Notes under the pieces: generated by a model | What the model was told of the DNA's origin: nothing | The model's input: the letters and a program-made list of their open reading frames with translations, nothing else | The model's database searches: none | Shown here: positions 42,697 through 51,894 of the stretch, one piece after another | Layout: the number at the start of each line of letters is the position of its first letter | Numbering within the stretch: position 1 is the stretch's first letter | NCBI GenBank assembly: GCA_016713885.1 | Contig: JADJOF010000007.1 | Coordinates: forward strand, 175,206-239,205 | Length of the DNA: 64,000 nt | Reading direction: 5' to 3' | Source of the DNA: Bdellovibrionales bacterium | GTDB lineage: Bacteria > Bdellovibrionota > Bdellovibrionia > Bdellovibrionales > JAMPXM01 | Position numbers and translations under genes: made by a program

Positions 42697-43572
42697 TTAG
42701 CCCTCCGCCATCGTTGCAAGGAAAAGCATCAAGACACGAGAAAGGTCGATCAGCTTCACACCGTCAGCGTCTTCATAGACGAGAGTTTTCCCGAGTTTTG
42801 ACTTCTCGAGGTCCTGCGCCATCACGCCGACATAGTCGCCCGATCCATGGATTGGTGACTTGTAATTGAACGAGTAGGCTTTGAGATGAGACTTCATTTC
42901 AGCCAAATCTTCTTTTGAAACCGGCTGAATGTTCGTTTTCACGCGCTCGTCACAGAAGGCCAGACTTGCAGCGCCCTGGATGAACTGTTGCCTCTGACCG
43001 GCCTGACCCATCGCCTGCGCAGCTACGGCATTTGCACCGCCTTGCACGTTCTGGCTATATGCGTTCGCATAGTTCTGCCCGGCTTGAGCAACTTGAGTGT
43101 TCGCAGTCTGTCCAACGCCGGCGATCTGCGATAGCCGTCCGAACCTGCGATCACGGTCAGCATTAAAACGGTTGTATGCGTTGTTGTATTCTTCGGACGC
43201 CATGCCCTGATTCTGGCGCATGAGTTCTTTCATGAATCGACCAGACGTTAAACCGCCGCGAGCGGCCGATGACCGCTCAAGCGCTTTACTCGCCTCATCC
43301 ATTCGAAACTGATATCCAGGGTCTTGTTGAAAGTCAGACGCTGTGAAGTCTCGCTGATAGTCAGCATCTTGAAGACCCGTGAGCGCCTTTGCTCCAGCGT
43401 CTCGCCACGGCTGAGCATCCGCGCGCTGCTGATCAAACATATAGCGCTGAGTATTGTTTGAATCGCGCACTGCACCTTGCTGAGCCGAAAGCGCCTGGTC
43501 ACTGCCAGACGAGTCGCTCAGGTTCATACCCGTTACGTCTTCAATTAATCCACCGACTCCGCCGCTACCCAT
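42697..43572 (-). CDS. Gln/Ala/Asn-rich protein with a C-terminal S74-type intramolecular-chaperone domain
   Basis: The C-terminal 85 aa start at FCDERVKTNIQPV..AYSFNYK..YVGVMAQDLE..LIDLSRV, matching the (S)DxRxKxNI autocleaving chaperone pattern. Confidence 0.55.
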   Translation of the reverse strand: MGSGGVGGLIEDVTGMNLSDSSGSDQALSAQQGAVRDSNNTQRYMFDQQRADAQPWRDAGAKALTGLQDADYQRDFTASDFQQDPGYQFRMDEASKALERSSAARGGLTSGRFMKELMRQNQGMASEEYNNAYNRFNADRDRRFGRLSQIAGVGQTANTQVAQAGQNYANAYSQNVQGGANAVAAQAMGQAGQRQQFIQGAASLAFCDERVKTNIQPVSKEDLAEMKSHLKAYSFNYKSPIHGSGDYVGVMAQDLEKSKLGKTLVYEDADGVKLIDLSRVLMLFLATMAEG

Positions 43573-43573
43573 G

Positions 43574-43927
43574 TCATTGCTCCTTTAGCTTCAGTGAAAT
43601 CAAAAGCACGTCTTGACCAGACTTCGAGACCTCAAAGCCGCATGAAATTGCAGCAATCAATGTCTTATTTGCGTTCTGGTCCCATAGATGAATATTTGCC
43701 GTCACCACGTCGCAACCATTGCCTTTGGCGATATCGACTAGGTCATTGAGTAGCTTTCGCCCGTTTCCGAGCGTTCTCTTCTCGCGATGAATGAACATCT
43801 CAGCGATGAAACATTCCTTGTTTGACATCTTGTAAGCGATGAATCCGAAATCACGCCACAGGCTCGATTGCCCCATGCGCTCGTAGATATATTGAGAGTA
43901 AAGTCTATCCTCATTGCTCATGTGCAT
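43574..43927 (-). CDS. GNAT-family N-acetyltransferase embedded in the tail module
   Basis: 117 aa. Acetyl-CoA motif A HREKRTLGNGRKLLNDLVDIAKGNG (RxxGxG). Confidence 0.6.
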   Translation of the reverse strand: MHMSNEDRLYSQYIYERMGQSSLWRDFGFIAYKMSNKECFIAEMFIHREKRTLGNGRKLLNDLVDIAKGNGCDVVTANIHLWDQNANKTLIAAISCGFEVSKSGQDVLLISLKLKEQ

Positions 43928-44259
43928 TCTCGTCCTGACATTCTGATGATGACCGCACTGGAAAGACTGACCTCGACATTCACAATGTCACCAGCGGCTA
44001 AGATCTGATTCTGCATTTGAGTGATGTCTTTGGTTTCGGCGGCCGTGATCGAGAGCGTTTTCACTATCTTGTTTGAACCGCCGTAAGAGCCGCCGCTTGG
44101 AATGATATGAATCGATATCGTTTGCGCGCTCGCATCGGTATTCGTTGCCGTGAACTTATCGATGATCGTTCGAGTTGACGCTGGCGCCGTGTATTCGGTC
44201 TGCTGTGCGTTCGCCGCGTACTTTGCGTTGATTAGTACCTTTGCCGTGACTGCCATCAA
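43918..44259 (-). CDS. Hypothetical structural protein
   Basis: 113 aa, beta-rich composition, in the tail module. Confidence 0.4.
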   Translation of the reverse strand: MMAVTAKVLINAKYAANAQQTEYTAPASTRTIIDKFTATNTDASAQTISIHIIPSGGSYGGSNKIVKTLSITAAETKDITQMQNQILAAGDIVNVEVSLSSAVIIRMSGRECT

Positions 44260-44555
44260 AGCACCGGGCCTTGGTTAAGATCATTGATCTGAGTCGTGTG
44301 AGTTGAAATGGTCGTGCCTTGGCTTGTCGTGAGTAGCTGAAGTGCTGCGATGTCTGATTCAGTCGCAGTCACTCGCGCCTCAACTGCCGCAAGTTCAAGA
44401 GCCGGAAGATCAGCAAGCTCAGTGTTTGAGAGTGCTGACGTGCCGCCAATTCTTAAAAAGAATTGCTTAAACCACGCAGTCCACGCAGGAGCGAGATAGC
44501 CTTTGGCGTCGAGCACTGGCGCTTTGTATGGAACCGGAGGGAGAACGACTGCCAT
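44256..44555 (-). CDS. Small tail-associated protein
   Basis: 99 aa. The N-terminal PAWTAWFKQFFLRIGG motif resembles adaptor-binding N-termini of podovirus fibre proteins. Confidence 0.35.
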   Translation of the reverse strand: MAVVLPPVPYKAPVLDAKGYLAPAWTAWFKQFFLRIGGTSALSNTELADLPALELAAVEARVTATESDIAALQLLTTSQGTTISTHTTQINDLNQGPVL

Positions 44556-45985
44556 CAGGCGCCTCCAGGTACGGCGTTTATTTCAGCGCCAATGAGAATG
44601 ACCTTCACAGGATCAGTGATCGTGACGCTATAGACGCGGTCTCGGGACATCCCGAGCCTTCTCCACAGCGCGCGGATCTTCCTTTGACCGATACGGCCGC
44701 AATCAACCCACTTCTCGTTTGACCAAACGTGACCGCCGTCGTCTGAAAACTTCATCATGACTTGCGGGTCAATGCCCTGGCCTGAGCCATCGAGACCGAC
44801 GCCGACTTCCATATCGAGTTGAAAGCTATTGTGGCGAACGAGCTTAAGGCCCGATGTCGCATGAGGCGCAATTCTAGTCCGCGAGATCTCATCGCCCGCA
44901 TCGGAGTAAACAGAACTCGACATCGAGTAGAGCTTGCCGTTTGCATAATCGCCCACAATATGCGTCGAATATGCATAAGCGTGACACTGGGCGCGATGGC
45001 GTTCAAAGACGCCTTCGTTTGTATAGACGCGCTCATGCCACATACCGGTTGATGAATCAAAAACCCACGTAGTCGAAGCGTTCGGGCAATTCAGAACATA
45101 GAAAAAATGACCATTTTCCTGATATGTAAACGCGCAAGCTGTTGAAATGTCACCGTACCCGCGAAGCGCTTCTTCAACTGCGTGCGTTGAAACCCGCTGC
45201 GGCTGATAGCCCGTTGCCATGTAGACGATGCCAGCACCGCGCTCATCTTGGCCAAGCCAGAAAACAGTGTTATTCATCTTTGCAACAGAGAATGCGGCAG
45301 CGCACCCATGCTCGATGAACGCACCTTGAACGCGCTCAAAAGGAAAGTCAGCATTGCCGGAGTTGAAAAAGACCTCTGTCGTTTTCGCGTTAAAGATCCA
45401 AAGATCGCGGTGATCTGACATCACGGCCACGACGTTGTCTGGATTCCCCTCGCTCGTTGCGATGTCGAGCGCATCGAATGCCGTTGAGTTAAGGCCAGAG
45501 ATGAAAAACCGGCCAGTGTCAGGCTCATTGAAAATGAAATAGCCATCTTGGAATGTGACCTGATCAGCGCCTGGGAAATCGACGTCTACGATTTCAGCGA
45601 AGGCATCGGTCGCAAGCGTCACGACATAACCGTCAGTGCCATCAACCATGCAAAGATGCGTGCCGTTGTCGGCCATTGAGACAGGACCAGTTGATGAATT
45701 GAGCGTGCCTAATTCAGTCGCAGACCAAGCCGATGAGACCTTGTAGCACTTCGCCCCGTAGACCGCGTAAAGGATGCCGTTTGTCGCAGTCCACATCCCA
45801 CGACACACACTCGCGGCCATTGTCGCAAGCGTTGAGAGCCCAGGCGTACCGATCAGGTAGGCGACTTCGCGCTCTTTGCCGGTGCCGAGCTCGTTCATTT
45901 CAGGATACAAGTTAATGCAGCGCTGACAGTCGACGTTGACTGATTTCAGCGTGTAACTTGGACCAATGAAACCAGCGAACCGCAT
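44555..45985 (-). CDS. Phage stabilisation protein (P22 gp10-like)
   Basis: 476 aa. N-terminus MRFAGFIGPSYTLKSVNVDCQRCINLYPE. Size and position after the coat/adaptor genes fit. Confidence 0.5.
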   Translation of the reverse strand: MRFAGFIGPSYTLKSVNVDCQRCINLYPEMNELGTGKEREVAYLIGTPGLSTLATMAASVCRGMWTATNGILYAVYGAKCYKVSSAWSATELGTLNSSTGPVSMADNGTHLCMVDGTDGYVVTLATDAFAEIVDVDFPGADQVTFQDGYFIFNEPDTGRFFISGLNSTAFDALDIATSEGNPDNVVAVMSDHRDLWIFNAKTTEVFFNSGNADFPFERVQGAFIEHGCAAAFSVAKMNNTVFWLGQDERGAGIVYMATGYQPQRVSTHAVEEALRGYGDISTACAFTYQENGHFFYVLNCPNASTTWVFDSSTGMWHERVYTNEGVFERHRAQCHAYAYSTHIVGDYANGKLYSMSSSVYSDAGDEISRTRIAPHATSGLKLVRHNSFQLDMEVGVGLDGSGQGIDPQVMMKFSDDGGHVWSNEKWVDCGRIGQRKIRALWRRLGMSRDRVYSVTITDPVKVILIGAEINAVPGGA

Positions 45986-45990
45986 CGGAT

Positions 45991-46689
45991 CTATTCTCCG
46001 GTTAAGATGTTGAAGCTAACGCCACGACTCAAAAGTGCTGAGTCACAGCCAATAAATTCAGGTTGGACGTTCTTTCGTTTGATTGAGGCTTTCGAGTCTG
46101 TCGCGATCGTTGCGACTTCGGCCGTGATCGACTGACCGAAATCAGGCGCCAAGCGGATTGCGAGGTTGAAAACAAGCGCCTCCTCGTATCCTGGAAGGAA
46201 AGCAAGATCAGTCGACGCACTTGTGAATGTCGTGAGCCGTTTTTCTGAATACAGAACAAGCGTCACCGAGCCAGAAGGCACTGGTGAGAAATAGATCGTG
46301 CCGGTTGGATTGCCGTCCTCGAAATAGATCTTTGTCAGCAGGCTTGAGGTCGAATCCTTATTTGAAACTGCGGCCCATTGATCAGCCGTTAAGACCTCGA
46401 CAGGCGTTTCATTGCCTGATGCGTCCATTGTTGCGGCCGCATGAATCCTGACAGGGCGAGCCGTGTTGAAGTTACCGCCAACGCCAATTGTGCGCGAAGC
46501 TTGCGCGGCCGTGATCGAGAACTCTTCTCTGACTCTGACCGGAACAGTGAGACCCTCAATCGACCAAGAGTCGAGCATCATGTTGAGCGCAGAGATCCCG
46601 TCTTGAATCTCTTCAGCCGATGGCGTCTCGCCTGTCGCAATGGCGCCAATCTTTCGCATCGAGCTCTTGATCAGGTCTCTGGCTGTCAT
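45991..46689 (-). CDS. Head-to-tail adaptor-like protein (gp4-like position)
   Basis: 232 aa. Called from synteny only. Confidence 0.3.
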   Translation of the reverse strand: MTARDLIKSSMRKIGAIATGETPSAEEIQDGISALNMMLDSWSIEGLTVPVRVREEFSITAAQASRTIGVGGNFNTARPVRIHAAATMDASGNETPVEVLTADQWAAVSNKDSTSSLLTKIYFEDGNPTGTIYFSPVPSGSVTLVLYSEKRLTTFTSASTDLAFLPGYEEALVFNLAIRLAPDFGQSITAEVATIATDSKASIKRKNVQPEFIGCDSALLSRGVSFNILTGE

Positions 46690-46692
46690 CGG

Positions 46693-46938
46693 TTACTTCC
46701 TTGACCGCTTGGGTTTCTTTGGCTCATCGAGATCAAGCTTGAACTCTGGCATTTCTGAAACGTCCTCGGCCTGTAGCTCTTGTGACTCGATCTGTGGCTC
46801 GACAACGGCCTGAAAGAACTTCGCAGGCGTATCAACCCAGCCGGGGCCAAGTGCCGCGAGCTCAGCAGGAGAATTGACGATCAGTCCTTCTGGACTCTTT
46901 GACTCGTGATAGATCCACGTCGGAAAGATTTGAGACAT
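46693..46938 (-). CDS. Hypothetical head-module protein
   Basis: 81 aa, acidic with a basic tail KKPKRSRK. Confidence 0.4.
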   Translation of the reverse strand: MSQIFPTWIYHESKSPEGLIVNSPAELAALGPGWVDTPAKFFQAVVEPQIESQELQAEDVSEMPEFKLDLDEPKKPKRSRK

Positions 46939-47021
46939 TGAAAACTCCAGGCAAAAGGCGGACGCGCGCGGTCACGTTTGGATCGAAGGAATCCATTCGC
47001 GCCACACGCGCCCAAAGATGA

Positions 47022-47288
47022 TTAGTTGGCATCAACCGCGTTGAGACCTTCGAGAATCGCCTCGACCTCGAGAAGTCGAACTTGAAGGTTTGCGACGACC
47101 TTCAAGAGTGACCGAGCTTCGTCGGCTGTGACGAATCCATAAGGCGACGAGTTCGTCGGAGCTTGGATCGCGTAGTCGGGCGTTCCGGGTTCCGAATAAG
47201 TGATTGTGGTGAGCTGCGCAGTCATCGCGGCTGGCTGACTGCCTGTCACCGGAAGCTTTACTGCAAGTGAATCTGTAGCTGTGTTCAT
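47022..47288 (-). CDS. Small protein downstream of the coat gene, sharing a 55-aa motif with the tail fibre
   Basis: 88 aa from MNTATDSL (AAGGAGAA RBS). TPDYAIQ..YGF..DE..LKVVANLQVRLLEVE matches tail-fibre residues encoded at 38065-38226. Confidence 0.5.
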   Translation of the reverse strand: MNTATDSLAVKLPVTGSQPAAMTAQLTTITYSEPGTPDYAIQAPTNSSPYGFVTADEARSLLKVVANLQVRLLEVEAILEGLNAVDAN

Positions 47289-47380
47289 TTCTGTTCTCCT
47301 TGGAGAAAATTTGGTTTTGAAAAAGAAGAGAGACAAAGAACTGTGGCCCAATCACTCAGGCCACAGCGTCAAGCGTTTGG

Positions 47381-48616
47381 TTACGCGGGCTGACCGACAA
47401 CTCGGCAAGCAAGTTCTGGATAGATACATTTCCATCCGCCAAGCCAGTCGAGACGAGTCACTGTGCGATAGTTCACAATGTCGAACTGCGAAGTCATCGT
47501 GAGCGACAGACCTGCATCTGGATCAACTGCGCGCGAAGCTTGAACGCCGCCAGAAGGAAGTTCGAAGTCCACAGACGCGAGCGCGAATGCTGCCTTGTGG
47601 AATACGAGATTCTGCGGAGCGACGATCGCCGAGTACGAGTTCGCATGACCGAACACCGATACCAGCGCATCGTTCAAAGGCAATGCGTTGACGTTCTGGT
47701 ACTGACCAGACGCATAGATTGCGCGGTCAATAGTGATTGTCATTGCGCCAGCGGTATCGCTGATGTCGGCCGCAACCACGAACTGAGCGAGTTCGCCAGT
47801 TGATTGGCGAGTCTGTGGGTTAACCGCATAAACTCCGGCGATCGTGATAACGTCACCCTGTTTCAGCGAGTTCACACCGCTTGACCATCCGTCAGTGACG
47901 AGAGTCGTAGCGCCAGCAGCAGTCGTGCCGTTCATCGCACCAGCGGCCGATGTGAGCGTTCCGATTGTGTGCTTTGGCACGTTCTGGCTCATCATGAACT
48001 TCGAACCAGCGGCCCGACCCATGATGCCCTCTTCGTACTGCTTTGAAATCTGATCCGAAGATTGGAACAGACCCTTCAAGCCCTCAACGAGCGACGCTTC
48101 AACCAATGGATCAACGATCGCAATCGTCTGACCTTTTGGCGCACCAGCAAGTGCCATCTTTGCACGAGCGAGCGTGAAGCCTTTTAGCGTGCTTGGCAAA
48201 GCCGATGCTGAAGGAACGCCAACCGAGTGGAATACGTTCTTGTACATCTCAGCGATGAAGGCGCTATCGATCTTGTTTGCCAGAGCGATTGCTGCGGGCT
48301 CGATATAGCGCTCGCGGAACTTGTCGACTGAAAGCGTGCGGTCTTTCTCCGCAAACGCCATGCCGACATGGTAGTGCTTGTCAGCAGTCAAAGCGACTGA
48401 CTGATCTTGCGAATCCTGAATATTCAGAGACGCGCCCTCGGTCACTTCATAGCGAAGTGGCTTTCGGATGTTGATCGAAGCACCTTTCTTGGCGCCGCTT
48501 TGAGCGAATTGATCGCTGTATTCTGTCGTCACGTTCTTTGAGAACGACAGATGGTTTTTGAGACTCATCATGGTCTCTTTTAAGATCACGCTGTCTGTTA
48601 ACAGTGAGTTTGCCAT
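47381..48616 (-). CDS. Major capsid protein (P22 coat-like)
   Basis: 411 aa from MANSLLTDSVILKETMMSLKNHLSF (AGGAG RBS). Size and position between the scaffold and adaptor genes fit. Confidence 0.65.
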   Translation of the reverse strand: MANSLLTDSVILKETMMSLKNHLSFSKNVTTEYSDQFAQSGAKKGASINIRKPLRYEVTEGASLNIQDSQDQSVALTADKHYHVGMAFAEKDRTLSVDKFRERYIEPAAIALANKIDSAFIAEMYKNVFHSVGVPSASALPSTLKGFTLARAKMALAGAPKGQTIAIVDPLVEASLVEGLKGLFQSSDQISKQYEEGIMGRAAGSKFMMSQNVPKHTIGTLTSAAGAMNGTTAAGATTLVTDGWSSGVNSLKQGDVITIAGVYAVNPQTRQSTGELAQFVVAADISDTAGAMTITIDRAIYASGQYQNVNALPLNDALVSVFGHANSYSAIVAPQNLVFHKAAFALASVDFELPSGGVQASRAVDPDAGLSLTMTSQFDIVNYRTVTRLDWLGGWKCIYPELACRVVGQPA

Positions 48617-48670
48617 TTCCGACTCCTGGCCCCTGAGTATATGGGGCAAAGTTTTGGCTCTAAGCTTTCA

Positions 48671-49627
48671 TCAATCCTGTTGCGCCATCTGTGCGCGGCG
48701 AAGCTTCTCGTAGTCTCGCTGCGACATATTGGCGACGGCCGGGTCATAGATCGACTTCGGTGAAGAATTCGACCGCTGCCCGACTGGATTGATTGGAGCT
48801 GGAGCGTTTGATTTTTTTACTTCTGGTTTTTTCGCTTCAGTTTGTTTCGCGATGCGTGCTGTGAACTGACCCATGGCAAAAGCGGCGTCTTTCGCGTTCA
48901 TACGGCAAATGCGCTCGTAGTTCTTGCGATCTTTCGCCAGCTCATACATGAGTTCGGCACCGTTCTCAGCGTCGAGGAGTATGTCTTGAACGATTGGCGA
49001 CATCTGAACATCGTCAACGGCCTCGATCACGTCCGCGAAATCATCGTGAGTTTCTTGAAAGGTTTTGACCTGTGTTCGGAACGAATCAGTGCGCTTTTGA
49101 TACTCGGTCTTTATGCGAGTCTCTTGCTCACGCTGATCGCGCTCCTTTTGCTTCTGCTCGACTTTCCAATCCGTTAACGCTTCGACATAGTCGGCGTGCG
49201 TATCGAAATCATCGGGCGTTGGCTTGCCATCAGTTGAAGCGGCTTGCTTTGGCGGTGTCTTGGCGGCTGGCTCTTTTTCAGTGTCACCACTGCGCTTTAA
49301 AGCCTCTTGCCTCCAATATTCGAGCTCCTGTTCTTTCGCCGAAAGGCGAGAGTTCAGTTTGTCGATCCGCTTTTTAAAGCCGTTCTTCTTGGGCTTGTGG
49401 TCTTCCTTTGCCTCAAGACTCTCATCTTGATCGTCGTCTGATTCGGTCTCAGTCGACTCCGCATCGTTTTCCGACGTGTCCGATTCGTCAGTGATTTCAT
49501 CCGAAGCCTCAAGAGCCTCAGACGCGGACTTGGTTTCGTCTACCTTCACGGGCTGAGCGGCGCCTTTTGCTGCGTCAGCAGCTACGCTCTCTTTTGTGTC
49601 AGAAGTTGAAACGACTGTGATTGCCAT
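48671..49627 (-). CDS. Scaffolding protein
   Basis: 318 aa, very acidic N-terminal half and helical charged remainder. Lies between the portal and coat genes. Confidence 0.5.
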   Translation of the reverse strand: MAITVVSTSDTKESVAADAAKGAAQPVKVDETKSASEALEASDEITDESDTSENDAESTETESDDDQDESLEAKEDHKPKKNGFKKRIDKLNSRLSAKEQELEYWRQEALKRSGDTEKEPAAKTPPKQAASTDGKPTPDDFDTHADYVEALTDWKVEQKQKERDQREQETRIKTEYQKRTDSFRTQVKTFQETHDDFADVIEAVDDVQMSPIVQDILLDAENGAELMYELAKDRKNYERICRMNAKDAAFAMGQFTARIAKQTEAKKPEVKKSNAPAPINPVGQRSNSSPKSIYDPAVANMSQRDYEKLRRAQMAQQD

Positions 49628-49632
49628 GGTGT

Positions 49633-51831
49633 TTACTCCACGAATTGACCGGGTGATAAGCCGCCCGTAGCTGGTTGATCGGATGGCTGAGCGCCCATTT
49701 CTGGACCCTCGGCCATTTCAAAATCTTGGTTTTCTTGTGATTCATCCTCGATCGGCTCGTTTTGCCGAAGGAGATTCATGCGCCGCTCAAGCTGAGCCAT
49801 CTCGGCCTTGAAAAGCGCCAGTGAGTCGGTGGCGTCGATCTTTGCCATCTCGATTTGGAGTTGAACTTGAAGCTTCTGCATCTCGATGCGCTCGCGCGAC
49901 TCAAGCTCGATGGTCTTATTCTCAAGCTTGTCCATTGCTTCGTTATGCTTAGCTGTGAGCTGCTCGATGATTTGATTCATCTGAGCCATCTGCGCTTGTG
50001 CTTCAGGCGGCAATGGCTGTTTCTTCGGATCGTCGGCAAGTCCTGGCGGCAGCGTTTTTCTGAGACGCTCGGCCAACTCCTGAGCTCCAGGGAGATCGAG
50101 GTTCTTAACGATAAGATCCGGTGCGGCTGTGCCCATTGCTGGAACCGATTTCGCAAGTTCGAGCATTGAGCTCGCGGCTTCTTGGCGCTTAGTCGCGTAA
50201 CTTGGACCAGTCTCAATCGACACGTCGTATTTTCCGACGCCAAGATTGAACTGCGTTTTCTTCCCGTTTCGCTCGAACATCTCGTTAATGCGAACGATCT
50301 CCTCTGTGCCGTCTTCGCCTAGGATGCGAACCGCGCGACCCGTATCCATGACCTTTGGGATCAGCTCAACGAGCTGACGGCCGCAGTGACGAATCGAGCG
50401 AGAAAGATTGTCGACGAAATGGAAGTTTGAAGTCTGCGCCTGGTTCGCTCTGCGCTGGATAGCAACGCCTGATTGCTCATTTGAACGCTGACCAAGAGCT
50501 GCGTCATAGACGCCGGTCGTGGCCTTCATATCTTCACTCGCCATCATGCCGGCTTGAGTGATCGCCTGAATCGGCGGCTCAAACACGTTACGCTGAGGCG
50601 GTCCTACCGGTTGGCCATTGAGTGAGACCGGCTTATAAGGAAGGTACGCATGCGATTGTACGTTCGCTGTCTTCCAGATCTGTTTATAGTCTTCGATCTG
50701 GCCTTCGGCTACGATCCACGGCGCCTTTGGGGCCATCGCGATCGTCTCGGTCTCAGCCGACTTCCAATAGTTGTACATTCGCTGCGAGTCTTTCGCGTGG
50801 CGAATGATGCCCTCAAGAACGCGCTTTCCTTCAATGTCGAGCTCTTCGCCAAGGACTGGAATGATTGGAATCCATCGCCCTGGCCAATCGGTCTTTTCTA
50901 AGGCCTCGACTGCGTTTATTTTGCACCAACGAACTACTGGCACCTTTGATTTTCGCTCACCAATGACTTGAAGTGGCTGGCCGTCGGCCGATGGCGGGAA
51001 TATCGTCTCTTCTGATTCGACGAGCACTGGAAACCCATCGTCGCCAATCGCCTCAGTCACGACCTTCGTCTTCTCGAGATCCTCTTTGATGACAGTGCTG
51101 CCATCGGACATTTTGAGAAGCGTGACGTCTCGGTAGTCTTTGTAGAAATATTCGGCAATGCGAACCGTATCATCTGCGATCCAGCCAACGCGGTGCTGAC
51201 CGATAGCGTCCCAGCTATCCATCGACGAGAGTTCGCTATCAGGATAGAGGCGCTTGTACTCTTCGTGTGGAACGTCATCAAAGATGAATCCCCACTCAGC
51301 ATCAGAGCCGTCTGGCATTTTGTACGATGGGTCAAGGTAGGCCGAGAATCGGTTCTTTATCGGCTCGATTCTGATATCGAGATCAAATGACATTGGATCG
51401 CTGTAGGCCGTGCGGATTCTGAAATATCCAAAGCCAGTGCGAACAGCGGAATCAAACGCCGTGTCATAAGCGACATCGGCGTCAGAGGAGTTTTCAACGT
51501 GGCGAATGATCCCTTGCAGAATCTTCGCTGTTTCAATATCGGCTTTGTCGTCGACAGGTGAGACCTTAACGGAAGGTCTATTTTGACGCTGATCATTTAC
51601 GATCTGGCGAATGAATTGTGGTAGGCGATTGATAGTTAAGCACGGCCGACGATCAAGCTCGCGCTGGTCTTTATCGCGCAGGTCCCACTGTTCACCTGCT
51701 CCGAATTTGAGATCCTCAAGAGCGAGCTCTCTGACCTCGCGTTCGGCCTCAGCCGCTAGGTCAAAGCGCGCCCTTGCGATCTCGAGAAGCTTCGATTCAT
51801 CTTGATTCTGATTCTCTTTTTCGGATTGCAC
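49633..51831 (-). CDS. Portal protein (large, P22-like, with a long C-terminal coiled barrel)
   Basis: 732 aa. C-terminal heptad-rich QMNQIIEQLTAKHNEAMDKLENKTIELESRERIEMQKLQVQLQIEMAKI. GTG start. Follows terL. Confidence 0.7.
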   Translation of the reverse strand: MQSEKENQNQDESKLLEIARARFDLAAEAEREVRELALEDLKFGAGEQWDLRDKDQRELDRRPCLTINRLPQFIRQIVNDQRQNRPSVKVSPVDDKADIETAKILQGIIRHVENSSDADVAYDTAFDSAVRTGFGYFRIRTAYSDPMSFDLDIRIEPIKNRFSAYLDPSYKMPDGSDAEWGFIFDDVPHEEYKRLYPDSELSSMDSWDAIGQHRVGWIADDTVRIAEYFYKDYRDVTLLKMSDGSTVIKEDLEKTKVVTEAIGDDGFPVLVESEETIFPPSADGQPLQVIGERKSKVPVVRWCKINAVEALEKTDWPGRWIPIIPVLGEELDIEGKRVLEGIIRHAKDSQRMYNYWKSAETETIAMAPKAPWIVAEGQIEDYKQIWKTANVQSHAYLPYKPVSLNGQPVGPPQRNVFEPPIQAITQAGMMASEDMKATTGVYDAALGQRSNEQSGVAIQRRANQAQTSNFHFVDNLSRSIRHCGRQLVELIPKVMDTGRAVRILGEDGTEEIVRINEMFERNGKKTQFNLGVGKYDVSIETGPSYATKRQEAASSMLELAKSVPAMGTAAPDLIVKNLDLPGAQELAERLRKTLPPGLADDPKKQPLPPEAQAQMAQMNQIIEQLTAKHNEAMDKLENKTIELESRERIEMQKLQVQLQIEMAKIDATDSLALFKAEMAQLERRMNLLRQNEPIEDESQENQDFEMAEGPEMGAQPSDQPATGGLSPGQFVE

Positions 51832-51855
51832 GCTCTAAGAGTCGACGTGCTCCGA

Positions 51856-51894
51856 TGTTTACTCTACGTATACAAAAGTTTACTTTGCGTTTAC
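51856..51894 (-). promoter_or_regulatory. GTAAAC x3 array upstream of the portal gene (paralogue of the terS-upstream array)
   Basis: Plus-strand GTTTAC at 51857, 51878 and 51889. It shares TGTTTACTCTAYGT and GTTTACTTTG with 54481-54512. Confidence 0.4.
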
